NCBI GenBank assembly: GCA_977862235.1
Contig: OZ374561.1
Location: 1,178,001-1,242,000, forward strand
From: Dudresnaya verticillata
Lineage: Eukaryota
Reading direction: 5' to 3'
DNA: 64,000 bases
The notes beneath the pieces were generated by a model. That model did no database searches, had not been told where the DNA came from, and saw only the letters and a list, made by a program, of their open reading frames with translations. Position numbers and translations under genes: made by a program. This document shows, one piece after another, positions 1 through 13,203 of this stretch. Within the stretch, counting starts at the first letter, position 1. The number at the start of each line of letters is the position of its first letter.

Positions 1-178
1 GCAGGTTCTGCACCCTGAATGCGCAGCTCGCGGGTTGTCAGCATCCTAATGGTCGTGTACCGATTCCACATCGGAGTCTCGCCTAGGCGAATGCCGTCGC
101 CTGTTTCGAGTCCCTTTTGGCACCGGACTCCGGCGTCGCTCCACTTCAGGAGATACGTTCTTCGCCAGAAGGCATAAC

Positions 179-1070
179 TGTGGTGCAAAACGTCTAAGAC
201 GATAGACCGCCGAGCAGTTCGGGGCTCGGTGGGTAGCTGCGCCCTTGGCGGTGAGTGGTCCCGCCGTGGGCGACTTGTTGGTAGAGCAAAGGAACACACC
301 TTGGGCGGACTGTAGACGCCCGAGGCGGAAGGTGTGAAGGAAGGGAAAAGGAAACAGAAAGGGAACACGTCAAGGACGATGGTAGACGTGGAAGCACGGG
401 AGGTAGACGCTTAGCCGTAGGCAGCGGTAGGGTACGCGCGTGCGGAACGGGGAAGTCTGGACCAAGGCCGGCTTGCCCGGGCGTTTACTGTTACGTCTGG
501 GACGGCTTACCTAAGTATAGTACGGCGATGCGGCGGCGGCAGTGCGTGTGCGTAGCGCGGGAACTCGGGACGCGTGTCGTCCCGAGGTGCGTCTGACAGA
601 TCACCCACCGCATGCAGCCGCACGCCTGACAGATTGCTGTACAACCCCCTGTGTGGGTGCTTACACGCACACGTGGACGCGTGTGCCTTACAGCCGTGCG
701 CGCGCGCATACTGCAGAGCGTGCGCCTTGGATCTAATCTGATACTTGTCCGATCCCATCCGGATCGGTCCAGCAATGCGAATACCCGCAGCCTTACAGGC
801 GCGTATCTTACAGCTTAGGCGATCCGGATAGCCAATCTGGATACCGGATCCGGATCCCATCTGGATCCGTATTACAGTGCCCCGGGGCGCCACGTCGGCC
901 CATCACCGTACAGTGCCCGCGTGGCGCGCGGCGTGCAGTGTGCGCGCGCGCCCCAGTGAGCCGTCGATGACCACCGCGTTTTCGCGATACTCCCGCGTGA
1001 TCGCGCAGCTACCCTCCCGAGCCCGAACTCTCGGGGGTGCTCTACAGCCGCGTACTGCCATTTCACCACA
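179..1070 (-). repeat. Isolated LTR of gypsy family B nested in family C gag
   Basis: Reverse-complement match to 15513-16390 (e.g. CTTGGTCCAGACTTCCCCGTTCCGCAC); TG...CA ends; flanks ATAAC/CCATG do not form a TSD. Confidence 0.8.
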
Positions 1071-2479
1071 CCATGAGAGGTCCACTACTCGAGTGAGGGA
1101 CTCAAAATCTCCGTGGATCGTTTCCACCCGCTCCACGAGCGATTCTATCCTCGCATCGAGTGATTCCATTTCATCTGCCACTCTCTGTCCTGTATCGGAG
1201 TGGCGGATGCGGCTGGTCATTTCCTCTTGACACAAGGTCAGTATCCGCTCATCCCGGCGTCCGGCTGACTCATCAATGTAGCGTTTTACACGCGTGAGCG
1301 TTTCATCAGCCAGTGCTGCGGCAAGCGGCCTGATCTGGGTCGCTACAAGGTGACTAACACCATCAGCGACCATTAGGTGGATCTCCGATTCCGTAAAGCA
1401 CCGGACATCCTCCGAATTGGTATTCGTTCGAGTTGGCTGCCCATACCCAGGCGCCGAGTCGACCTCTGTCGGTGTCGCGTAATCGGTCGATCGTCCACTG
1501 GTGAGTCGCCCTGATTCCGGCATCACTTCTGGACCCTGGTCCTCATTCCCGTCCACTTGTGTGGATGGCTGCGGTTCTGACCGGGTCATTTTTCCTTCTA
1601 GCGTGGCCGATTCCCTTCCAGGGTTCGGCATTACACCGGGCGTAGTCCCGAGAACAAGGTCGGGCCTAGAACTTCCAACCAATAGTGGTCATTCGCGGCT
1701 TAACCTCGGTTCGGGACCGTCTTCATCGGGGGCGTCGCCGTCGATATGGCGTCGCCCCAATCGTTCGTCCGAAGGGCTGCGCCTTTGCGCGGCAGTCCCT
1801 GAACGGGTGGTAACGCCCGAAATACGGACGGAGGAAAGACTTCCGGCACGACTGCCACCACGGCCGATAAGGCTCGGCCTGGTTGTATCGCCATTCGATG
1901 TCGGCATCCTTCCGATGGTGTGGGACTAATAACCCGTCCCAAAATAGGTAATAATTCCGGAAGGACCGGTGGGTCGATGGGACTTTTTCCCGATGCGCCA
2001 ACCGGCGTTCCGTAAGCGTTTCTCGCACGAGAAGATGCGTCGAAGGGGAATCTTTTCCAGCTTGACCACGGTGCTCGTACGTAAGCCTTGGTAGACTTCA
2101 GGGCTACCAGCGATTTCTCCAAGAGGACTCTCCAACTTGTGCGCTGGCACGGCCTGTACAAAAGGACTGTGTTTTATCAGGATGCACCGATAACCTGTCG
2201 AAGCAGTCTTGAGCGGGGCATTAGTCACGCCCTCAACGGCAACTTCTAAATGGCCACTAGGGCCGGTTGTAATTCAAAGAATAGACGTGCTCGTCACTGA
2301 TTTGACGCTACTCAGCGGCTTGAGATGGAGCGTAGAAACCGTCAACAATCCTGACTAGGGTTTCAACACCGGTTGGCCGGGAAACTCGTCTTTGAGACAC
2401 GACACAACGTCTTGAGTCTTCTACTGGTTGAGTTAACCAACCAGGGTTGAGGATGAAAGGGGAAACCAACCCAGAACAC

Positions 2480-2497
2480 TTCTAGGTGGGGAGACCA
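2480..2497 (-). promoter_or_regulatory. Primer-binding site TGGTCTCCCCACCTAGAA
   Basis: Begins TGG 1 nt after the LTR end; one mismatch to the PBS at 16393 and 57701. Confidence 0.8.
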
Positions 2498-2498
2498 A

Positions 2499-3091
2499 TG
2501 TAGCACAACGGTTCCAGCCGAGTAATAGCAAAGATAACAAAGGACACCTGTCCGGAACCGTCGTGCTCACGGGTAGCTCGGGTGTGGTAGAAGCTTGGTA
2601 GAATGGCACCAGGACAGGAAAAAGGAAAAGGGGGGCGCGACCCGGTATTCCGCAGGGAACCTGCCGTACGGTGAAGAGCCTGTAGTTGGCGTCCAGAAAG
2701 GGAACGGGAAGCGCCCGGAATCCAGAAAATGGTCAAGACCGAGAAACGCCCCGTGGGGTTCAATCCGGGATGCCCTGCTATTCAGGGGACCAATAAATAG
2801 GGCTTGTGCCCGTGCTAATACCATCTAATACAGTGTACTGTATACGAATTACATTGAGCAATGGGAGGTGGATCCACGTCCCTGTGCCGGCGTATAATCG
2901 GTAAACATCCCAGCGCCACACCAATGGTCGTGCGCCAATTGCGCGTCTGAGGCGCGGGTGACTTCGCGCCAGGCGCCAATCACATATCACATCCTGGCGA
3001 AGCCCAGCAATGACAGTGTCTTACAGGGCATTGGCCCATTACGACTTACAGCGTAGTGCACCCACTTGGCACAAATCGCCGTTGTGCCACA
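2499..3091 (-). repeat. 5' LTR of gypsy family C (593 bp)
   Basis: Minus strand starts TGTGGCACAACGG and ends CCGTTGTGCTACA (13-bp imperfect terminal IR), immediately followed by the PBS. Confidence 0.85.
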
Positions 3092-6000
3092 GTGGGGTTG
3101 CCACCAAGAATGAATTACAATTCGTCGGGTGTGCGCTGCTTCACGGAACGTGAAATAGGACGCCTAGTCGAATTGGAAATCGAACGGTCATTAACGACGA
3201 GCGTCGTAGCGCTCCTGGAAAGCCAAGCCGATGATACCTTTTCAAAGGTGAAGAGATATTTAGACGAGGCGTCGGCGCGCCGTGACGACCGCCTGCTGGC
3301 TAAATGCCAACAAGAGATCGAATCTCGATTCCGACAGGGTCTTCTTTCAAGAGGATTAGAAGAAGAAAGGGTCAAAACACTGCAAGCACAAGTTGATTCC
3401 TGGGTGACCAGTTGGACGCCCTCCATGGAAATCTTCATACGCTTACCAAGGTTACCGACCTTACTCGAGAGGAATCCGTAATGGCTATAGAATAGGTTCG
3501 TAGAAACGTAGACGACACAAGGTGTGTCGAACAAGACAGAGCTATCGGGCTCTTGAAACAAGAGCTTGATGCAGAAAAGCGGAAGGTAACATTTCTGGAA
3601 GCGAAGATGCGGCGACTCAGTCGCGAGAGGGATTCAATCCCTGAGGTCGAGCGGCGACGCTCCCCCGTGCCCCGTGGTACGCGGGACAGTCGCAGGACGT
3701 CTCCGAGACGTGACTCGGATGATGAGTCTGGGAATCACGACTTTGGCCGCGGGAGGTCTGAATACCGCCGGTGCGATTGCCGGACCGCGCACGGGTCCAA
3801 CGCATGTCGCAATCCAAAGGACTCCCGAAAAGACCGGCTTTCTAGCCGTAGGTTCGACGAACAACGTCAAAGCCGCTTACATCATACCCCGATGAAATCG
3901 GATGAGGACGAACCAACGTCTAGAGGCCTTTCCAGACCTTCTTGGAGTTCCTGGCGAGGACCACATCGAGCGGGAATCAAGGTGTTAACTCCGCGCAACC
4001 CTGCTTTTACACAGGTTCTTTTCTACCGGAGAAATCGGTTGCTTAACGTGGATTCATACCGAGGACCCGAGGTGACCTCAGCCACATCGAAGAAGATTAA
4101 ACGGATTAAATCCGTGATGAGAAGTCGAAGTTGCGATGGGAGTGATCCTGTTGCTAATTGTGGGATAGCTGTAAGACCAGCTGTGCCACGCCCACGCAGC
4201 TGTAAGACCAGCTGCGCCACGTTTGCACCGCTGTGCGCACGCTGTCAGCCGGTGGCGCCGAAGCCCCGCTGAACTGTAAAGAAATGCGCTGGGGCGCCCG
4301 CGCGTACGCGTGTACGCGTGTGACACTGATACTCCCGTGCTATTTCTACTTATATTTTTGTGTATTGCACAGTACTGTCTAGTGTAAGCGGCGATCCAAC
4401 GCCTGCTGTCCCGCGCGCCATGTGCACGCACTCCGGCGTAGAGCCGTTGAGTGCGTGACACGCGCGCACGTACTCCGGCGTCGAGCCGTTGCGTACGTGT
4501 GGACCGTTGTGCCCACGCGCGCCCGGGTTACCGTTACCCGTACGCGTCGACGCGTGTCGGGCCCCCCGGCGCACCTCCCGCGTTGGTGCCGCCGCAGACC
4601 CTGTACTCTATTTAGTAGTCGCCCCTTTGGGCCCAAGTAAACGAAGGTAAGCCAGCCTACGCCAGGCTTGCCCCTTTCTGCTTTGGGTTTCTTTCCCAGT
4701 CTTTTCGCCCTACGGCTTCCTCTTTCCCTAGCCGCCTAGGCTTTCCTTTTCCTTTCCCTACCGTTCGCTTCTTGCCGCTCCACGACGGGGACGCAGGGAT
4801 CCGGCCGCTGCCGCTCGCGTATGGTCCGCCAAATGCGCGCTCAGGTTTCGACGCCGTAGATCCGTGACCGTCGACGGCGCGCGCGGCCGACACCACCGCT
4901 CTACCACCTACCGCTACCACCCTTCGACGGGTCTGGGTGCGACGACGAGACCAGCTGCGCTAGACGTCAGTTATACCTGACGTCTATGCCACACTATTAT
5001 TGGCTTTCTAGCCACTTTGAAGCGACAGCTTGATCAAGCTTAAGTGAGTGAAGGCGGCCATCTTGGTCATACCCGAGTTCCTTGAAAACGATGCAAAGGA
5101 CATGTTCGAGGCGAACTTTGATGCAGCCGGAGACGATAACGGCGGATTCAACTAATGGCTGGAAGCCATCAATTTTCTTCTGCTTACATACGCCAAGGAT
5201 GTCTACATCGAGAAAATTTCTTCAGAAATGGATATGATGACTCCAGAGTCAGCTGAGGATGAAGTTACGTTTTCTCGACGTCTGCATAACAAGGCGCGAA
5301 AGTTCGCTGGATTTTACTCCGAACAGGACTTGACAACGCGTTTTATACGTGGATTGATACCAGCCGTCAAACCGCTCTTGAGTACGTCGGCTTTGGATAC
5401 TCGCTCTGCGCGATTGGCGGATTATGTGGAGCTGGCGACAGCGCAGGGAGATTCGCCCTAGCGGGTGGCAGACGTCTTCGGAAAGCGAGCTCATCGCTAC
5501 CTCATAAAACCCTGGCGCGGGTGAAGACTCACAAGTCAGGGCGCGCCCTGCTCATCGTCAAAACAGCACTCGGAATCTGACACTTCAAGGAGCAGTAGCT
5601 CTGACGCGGATAGTGAAGACGCTTTCGTAGCAGCAATTGATAGTGAAGCGCCACTTTCTACAGTGACCCAATCAGACAAGTGGTCTGAGGTGCCAAATGA
5701 CCAACTGTACTATGGAGAAATCTATGCCGTTCTTCAGAACTGCAATCACAGGTTACCTGCGTGGGCGCAGCCAACGAAGACAACGTCCGGGATGGGTGAC
5801 TGTTGAGGACATGCCAAACGACATCTGCTTCGAGTGTCTTGGCGTAGGGCATAAAAAGCCTAATTGTCCATATTTGGCTCGTACGGATGAACCGTCATTT
5901 GAGGCTATAAAATGCCAGCAGTTTTACTAACTGTCTCGTAAACAAAAGGCATGGTTAGCTACCATAGGGCGCCTGCCCGATTTTACGAACGGGAACACCC
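3092..6000 (+). pseudogene. gag: Degenerate gypsy gag (family C-related), interrupted by a solo LTR
   Basis: Frameshifted ORFs 3056-3481, 3553-4158, ~4994-5461, 5697-5930; capsid-like DGSDPVA|IIGFLA rejoins across the insertion; zinc knuckle CFECLGVGHKKPNC near 5826. Right boundary approximate. Confidence 0.8.
4159..4993 (+). repeat. Solo LTR of gypsy-type family D (835 bp)
   Basis: Ends TGTGGGATAG...CTATGCCACA; flanks CTAAT/CTATT (TSD, one mismatch); host gag continues across it. Strand inferred. Confidence 0.8.
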
Positions 6001-6433
6001 GCACGGAGCATAACGATTATGAATCGTCAGGACGTAGGGCAGGGCCATCGAGAGGGCCTCCTCAAAATTTGGGGTCGACCCCCGGCAGAAATACTCATGT
6101 TCAATTTCAAGGAGGGTTCACTACAAGTCCGTTTCCGGGCCAGATCGATAAAGTCCCATAAATTTTATCCAGGGCCAGGCCATGCAATTACTGATGCGGC
6201 GTGATGAAGATTCTGTACAGAAATTATATCCATATTGGGCCAGACCTAGAAAACAGGACTTAAGCCCCCGATAGATTTGGCGTCACGACAGGCCGTTTAA
6301 ACATCTTTGTGCGCCACGTACGTTGCGCTAGCACAATGAAGGAGCTGATCTCGATACTTGACTTTACTGTCTCACGTTAACATGTCTAGGCCTTTACCAT
6401 ATCAGTTTCTCAGTACTGAGACCACCTCAAGCG

Positions 6434-7194
6434 TGTAGAATCTCTAAAGCACCACCAAGTGCGGCGGCCAAATGAGACCCCAAGAAGACCACAAAGACCT
6501 GTCGGATTTCACCAAAAAAACTGGCCAGAACGTAGAATGGACCTACGCGCCGGTAGAAAGCGTGGTAGAGCGGGAGCGCGCAGAGGAAGTCGTGGCCAAA
6601 GCCTGCGATGAGGACAGAAAATGGCCAAGTCGGGGGTTCAGTTGCTAAATTTACTCCCAACCTCTGGCGGGATGGCTTCGTGCCTTTTTCGGCTATGCCG
6701 TAGTATGTGGCCAGCTAAGTAGTCCCAAAATCGGCCATCTGAGCTAATCTAGAGCTATTCTACAGTTAGTGGCCGAGGCTACTCCTTGTTAGCTATAATA
6801 TCTACTTGTGTTCCCACGTCGGGCCAGTGTGGGGCCCCTGTGAGACTAAACCGAGTACTTGTCTGTTAGTGATTGGCCGAACCAGTTAGATTTGCTCTTG
6901 ACTTTTCCACTGTCTTCCCTTGATTTCGTTTTGCGGCCAAATCAGATCACACGTGTGCAACGTGCTGCGTGGTTTGTCTTGGCGTAGTAAGTGGCCACGT
7001 GTGCACCAGTTGTAGGTGGCCACGTGTGCGCCACGTGTACACTTGAAGGCCGCGTTTTAGGTTTGCGCCCTCGCCGTCGTCCGTGCGCCGGTGTTGTGGC
7101 TCCATTGGCCAAGTGTCTTCTGTTCGTTGGACCGATCGCTCGCTGGGCCCACTGTGTTGCTTCCATTCAGTGGCCCCCTTGGCGTTGCACTACA
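6434..7194 (-). repeat. Solo LTR of gypsy family A (761 bp)
   Basis: Homologous to 45173-45935 and 57703-58491; perfect 5-bp TSD AAGCG. Confidence 0.92.
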
Positions 7195-7514
7195 AAGCGT
7201 TTTTCGTGGACACTGACTTGACCTTGCTCAGACCAGTAGTATTGTTGTTCTCAACAGTTACTGTGAAGTTCGAGACGCGCTTACATGACATTCTGAAACA
7301 TGAGCAGTACTGCTCCTGTGCAATGAAGCCATCGTTCTACAATGATACTGGCATCACTCCTCTACGATGCAATAGATGCCTCAGGTACCCGTTTCGATCG
7401 TTCTAGGGCGTTGCGTTTGTAGCTCCAGAGTCATAACGAAATGTTCTAGTTTTCTTTACTTTTGAGCGAACGATAAACGTATATGTCCTACCTACGCTAC
7501 TCGTCACAATATTT

Positions 7515-7910
7515 CTGGGTACACGTACGCGAAACACACCTCGCCAATTTCCAGTAGTCCTACCAGTCCTGTTGGATAGGCGTATCCGAAACTCACCTTT
7601 CCAATTGCCAGTTAAGGTAGAAGAGACTTTCAACGCTTCCAGTCATGCGGGCACGCGTGACATACGGCTCCTTGAAAGCTGCCATGCTCGCATCCTTGAA
7701 TCGATCAGGCGCAAATACGAAGTGGAGACGGTGATATGTTAGAGTCTGATCCTTACCGTACGGTACCGTAGTCCTACTTGTCCTGCTGGGTACGCGTACG
7801 CGAAACTAAGCTCACCTCGCCAATTTCCAGTTAAGGTAGAAGAGACTTTCAACGCTTCCAGTCATGCGGGCACGCGTGCCGTCCTTGAAAGCGGCCTTGC
7901 TCGCATTCTG
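7515..7910. repeat. Local imperfect direct duplication
   Basis: CCAGTTAAGGTAGAAGAGACTTTCAACGCTTCCAGTCATGCGGGCACGCGTG occurs near 7608 and 7827; CTGGGTAC.CGTACGCGAAAC near 7516 and 7786. Confidence 0.8.
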
Positions 7911-8504
7911 GATGAACGTCGCAGCGTCGCGACGAACGTCTGAACGTCGACCCATGGGGCAGCAGTAGAATAGCCCGGCGGCCGGTAAGGAAAAAAGGCG
8001 GGCTATTCTACATCTGCATGCACCGTGCGATGCACGCAAAATGTATATGAGCATGTGGCAGCCGCGGTTTGGGGTCTTTCTGTCGGTATCGATTAATCGA
8101 TACCAATTATTACCGGGCAGTTATGGGCCAGATTAGACCCAATTGCCCAATCAAAGCTCAATTGATTACATTATTTCAACTCTAATTGGTCTCCATGATT
8201 CAATTAATATACGCACAGTCAAACGGAGTCGCCTCCGTGAAATCTCCCATGTTTAATGAGGGTAAGAAGAGTTTGCAGTACTGCGCTGTAATCCATGGTC
8301 CCATGCCCACGTGGAGCTCAATATTGCTACCACCAGGCGTTGTCTGTATGACTTTTACCCTGCACATGTATCAATGATTTTGCTCGTACGAGCACTCGTT
8401 TTCCTTTCTTCTGAACACCTTTCTTGTATTTTAGGAACTATCTATTTGTTGGTATAGTTCATACACCCTTGCAACTCTTGTCCGATAACACGCATTTCAG
8501 CGAT

Positions 8505-8745
8505 TTCAGAATATGATTTTCAAAACAGACTGCAGTCGAATAGCTATTTTCTGGTATTGTTGGAACGGGGAGCGTCCCCTGAGTACGGTGGTGAAATCCG
8601 ATTAGCTAACGGACCATTCCTTCCACAGTTATGGCGGTTTGCGTGAATTTACCCAAAATATTTCCAGGTATTCTGAATTTCAATTTCCTTGTGTCGATTT
8701 GGCCTGAGCGGCCCACTCCGCGGTCCGCACTGGGCCAAATTGGAA
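8505..8745 (+). repeat. ~240 bp dispersed repeat, copy 1
   Basis: Colinear with 33915-34158 (AAAACAGACTG.AGTCGAATAGCTATTTT; GGTGAAATCCGATT; GTTATGGCGGTTTGCGTGA; ACTGGGCCAAATTGG). Confidence 0.85.
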
Positions 8746-9796
8746 ATTGCCGGCCCGCGGCATGCCCCTGGCCGCGGGCGCTGCATGCGCACCGCATCGC
8801 CCATCTGGCCCGCGCCGCGCGTACTCGGCGCCGCATACAGACTACCGCATCGCCATTTTTTCGGCTTTCCGTTGCAACGGGTGCACTGTGCTTTGCGCGT
8901 CTGTGCACAAATGCGCACGCGACCGCATACAGACTGCCTCGTCGCCCGCCCCCGCCCCGCCCGCGACGCACAACTCCTTGGGCAAAATCTGCTGTCGCGG
9001 CTGCCCACCCTCGTGCACACCGTGCATCCCGCTGCCGTCACCCCCTCAGCGCGCCCTGCCCGTCGCTCCCCGAACGCGCTGCACGGCCTGCCCCCCGTAT
9101 GTCTCTACGATGGGACGCCACATGCCGATGTCATGGCAACTCGCAGACACAAGTATGGCCATTCCATGACACGCACCCAACACTACATAGTTCTTTAGGT
9201 AATGATAATAAAATGTGTAAGCCTGCAGCTGTTTCCCGGTTACCCACGCGCGCGAACAATTGCGTTGTCGACACTCCAAAGGTTCCCTGTTCCAACCATG
9301 TCCGTAGGCTCAACCATTGAGGCAACTTTGCAAGCTCCATTGGGGAAAGTAAATGCGGCGTTTGGTAAGCTCATTCAACCTTGAGGGGGATCACTTCCAG
9401 TCCAATACCATTGCGGTTGAGAATAGCGTCCAAACTCTCACGACCCTGCTCCCCAGACGCGTCAAGGTTAACAACATTCAGTGTACTCAATAACTGCAGC
9501 ACTTACAATCGACGGTGTTAAGTGAGCAGGACGTGCCATGAAAGGGACATGTTTCCGCTGTTGGCGACATTTGCTGACCCACTTCACATTGACTCGTCAG
9601 CTGCCATTGCGGGTTCCTGCGGCAGGTATGGTTCTGCCTGCAAGGCGTAGACAGCCTCTTCATGAAAAGGATATTATACATGCGGCAATTGCCAATGCAC
9701 ATCCGTTGTTTACTGCCTGTGCCATGCGGCTCAGTGGGCTTTAAAGCATAATTGTGCCCAGCTCGTTTCGTGATGCCTGAACGGGTCTGAGTACAG

Positions 9797-11025
9797 TTGG
9801 GAGGGATACCATCAGCCGAAGTTGCTGAAATGAAGACGAGAACTCAGACAGGTCGTTCTGATACCACTATTGGTAACTCTATTTTCCAAGCGCATACTCC
9901 CCTTCCACGATACAGTGCTCGGGCTCGCACATGTATTGAAACAAGCGTCGATATCAACATATGCAGTATTAATTGCCTCGAATACGTGTCGAAGAAGGAT
10001 TCAATTTGCCGGTCCCGGTTTCGAGAGGATAGCGGGTTAAACTTTGCGTGTCTGACCATTCGACGTGGTAGGCATGATGAATCCAATATTGTATTTAGGT
10101 ACAAAAAGTACACGGTATATAGCCAAGCGGAACAATAGCGACCCAAGCTCCTGATGCAGACATCCCCCGCTGATGTACTACCCCCTGTGGCAGTCCGAAC
10201 GCACATCCTCGTACGTAAGGGGAAGATGTCTGACTCCGTACCTAGGGAGCCTGCACGAGAAGTCAGTGATGAACTGCTTGGGAAGAGCCAGGATCTATCG
10301 TATCTGGATTTCAATTTCCTGCGCAGACGAAAGGAAACGGACAAAGACATGGTCCGCCGCATTGGTGAGTCCAACTTACTCGCATTAATAGACAACTTTA
10401 TCTCCGAAGGCAAGCGGTTCACCGGACTTGAGACACTGGGAATCAGACTATTCGACCGGTCTGTTTTTCCTACATTTATGGAACGCGTTCATGGACAGGA
10501 AAATGTAAAGAACTACAGAAAAACTGAACGAGTTGGAGGTTTCAAGGCCTTCCTAGTTGATATTCAGCTGAGAGAGAAAAAGAAGCTGATTCACATCCTG
10601 ACACAGCTATTGCGCTGGAAGTACTCTCGCGGGGAAATGGAAATTCAAAAGCCGCCAGGAGCGTAATCCGTATTACGTCGCTCGTCAAGAATACAACCGT
10701 CGACGTCTTTTCGTTTCTAACATTACCGACGATGAAAGGTACGGCCTTAAGCACACATAGTCAAGACCGACGCGCGTCTCCAAGTACTACTCCTTGCTAC
10801 GCAATCAGAGTGATTGGTCGACTTCATCCTTGGTCGATATTAAACAGACTTGCACGACGAAGCTTTCTAATACATGATGTGCACGTCATGCTCCGCACGG
10901 GCCACCCTTACCTCCTTTACCTCCACAGTCTCTTCTGCGTTAGTTTTGGCAAAATGCCAAGTCAGGAGAAGGCGGCACATTCGCTCGAGCTCCACTACAA
11001 GTCCATTACTGGAAAACAGCATTAG
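9797..11025 (+). pseudogene. Chain of consecutive ORFs, possibly one disrupted unknown gene
   Basis: ORFs 9797-10138, 10154-10666 and 10732-11025 follow each other on one strand with protein-like composition; no recognisable domain. Confidence 0.3.
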
Positions 11026-11531
11026 AAATACCGCGCCGGGCCTAATACAAATATTCCTAAAATTTTCTATTACTGGTCATCGTTCTGGCCCGTTCACATT
11101 TGCAATGCGATAGTAATATTCTGCGCGTATCAGACTACCTGCAGTAGATTGCATGCTCATGCAATGCTCAGCTACCCTCCCAGGCGCATATCTCGTACGA
11201 TGTGGCTGAGCACACTATTAAACGCGGCAGCGCATTCATAGTCGTGCAAATATACGTTTGTCTAAACACGAATGCTTTACGATTGCTTTTCGAGTGCTGG
11301 ACCATTACTGCTGCACCCGTGTGGCACCACACTCGCACGTTCGATAACGCGAACTGGCTACCACAGATGCATGTAGAAATGACTATAGAAATGATACCAT
11401 TCATGGTGATGCGAATGCCTCATCGACAACATACTTAACTTTGATACGCGGTATGCAGATTGCAAGCGAACTTGCCCATGCTCGGCATGAAGGCTTTAGT
11501 TGGAAGAAGACTACTCCCCGTTGTGGGCGGG

Positions 11532-13203
11532 TCAGCTCGAGCTATCTAAGTCGGCGCAAGCACCTCGCAGGACATCTTCGTTGGCCAAACCGCCGACTTC
11601 TGCACAGAGATGACGACCTTTTGTCTGCACAAATGGCAGAGATACTTCCAACGTGCCGTACACGCCGTCCGTCCGCACTAGGGCTCGAGACCATATCCTT
11701 GCGGATGCCTCCACGGACCGGCGCCATGTCAGCATAAAAGCATCGGCTGGTTGCTCAGTGCAGTCGGGATTCCCTGAGAATGACCGCTCCCTCTCTTTGC
11801 CAAGGCGCAATCTCGACAGAAAACGACCCTCTTCCTTGCTCCAGCGAAGATTGTCGCGAAGCAGAACAGGGATGCAGCAGTTGCTCTGGAACGGGCATTC
11901 ACTATCTCGACTATGGCTTCCGGTGCGCTTTGTGGTACCTCCTGCGTCCTTTACATCTGTTATCGGATGGGTGCTAAAATCTCCCTCGGCCTGCATAAAT
12001 TTCCTCGGTGGCAGCGTTGCAGCGACGTATATTGCAGTGGGCTTGTTCCGATCTTCCGAGTACGCGTAGCTGCCGAGAACTCGGAGCATGTCCTTTCCGG
12101 ATGCAGTACCGCACTTCCTTACCATTTCCAGTCTGTCCGAGACGGACTCCATTCCAATGTGAACACACCGGTCTGCGAACCGAGGAAACACTATACTAAG
12201 CCATTCGCTATTGAGTAAAGGAAGCTGTGTGTCGGAGAATTTCGGATATAGTCGGAGTCGTCCGCCCTGTGTGCTGCACTTCATTTTGCGGGCAATCGCC
12301 TCGAACTCAGCAAGGTCACATTCCCGACGCACCTTGACAACACCACGGAGTACGCCGTCAGCTATTGTAGCGTCACAAGATTAAAGGCTTTGTCCTGCCG
12401 AATATTTTTACTTGACAGACCTTCTTGTCAGCATTTGTGAGAGTGGCTTCAAAGAGGTTTGAAGTCTCACTGCAAGCTTTTGTTACAATCGTGCAAGTAC
12501 TCGAGAACCACTTATAGATTGTGGAGTTCCGAAGCTGGAACTGTACAGTTCCTTTCTCTTCCATTAAAGTTTTCCATATCATGCAGCCTTCTCGACTGTT
12601 CCAGCAACATTATATTCAGCTTCTCTTGTTCCACGGCGAGGTTATCATATGCCATGCAAAGCCTCTTTACCTCCACGCCAGTGTCCGCTGCGTCATATAT
12701 TTTTGCGCTCTCCGAACACTTCTAATTCTCGACAGGGCCCGTCCCGAACCCCTTGCGTCGCGTCATTCCTCGTCGGAATCATCAGAACCGTTGAAAGACG
12801 TACGCAGCGTGTATACGCTGAGGTTGTTGTTTTGTGCGTACCTCCACGACAGCTTTGGGACCTCGCCAGCTTCGACGCGACCTGAATCCCCGACACCCGC
12901 GGATGTAGGCGTGCCTTCGCCACATGGCTGCACGCCATCCTCAACGATCCTAAGCAAGTACCCGCGAAGGCATTCTACCCCCTGTACTTGTTCATCCCAG
13001 TACTGGGTCTTCGGGTATCCAATTACGCCCTTCCCAATGCAATCGTTTTTGTATTCATCGAAGAGGTGTAGAACCTCAGCAGAACACCACGATTCCGGAG
13101 ACCCGGGAATGTGATCCAGAGTCCAAAGGACTTCAATAAATTCTCCCCGGCGGGGTACCACAAATGGGTCTGAGATAGTTTTTCCGGCAGTCCTTGGTTC
13201 CAT
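11532..13203 (-). pseudogene. Frameshifted paralog of the Tudor-like protein at 22775-24370
   Basis: VPRRGEFIEVLWTLDHIPGSPESWCSAEVLH vs VPAKDSLIEVYWVLDNIPGAPKEWCIAKVLH; DRLEMVRKCG vs DRLQMIRKCG; YGTLEVSLPFVQTKGRHLCAEVG vs FGSLEVCPPCVQTSGTHLCSELG; split into three frames. Confidence 0.85.

Larger units (their letters stand above)
1..3091 (-). mobile_element. Ty3/gypsy family C, 5' part (LTR, PBS, leader, disrupted gag), running off the left edge of the window
   Basis: LTR 2499-3091, PBS 2480-2497, and gag-like ORF pieces (1689-1907, 1071-1682, 1-178) homologous to the gag at 3092-6000 (shared VRCFTE.EI...V and SPEVERRRSPVP). Confidence 0.8.

Noticed and set aside
8606..9320. Overlapping GC-rich ORFs here and at 34043-34678
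   Set aside because: Open on several frames and both strands because of GC richness; similarity is limited to the 240-bp DNA repeat.
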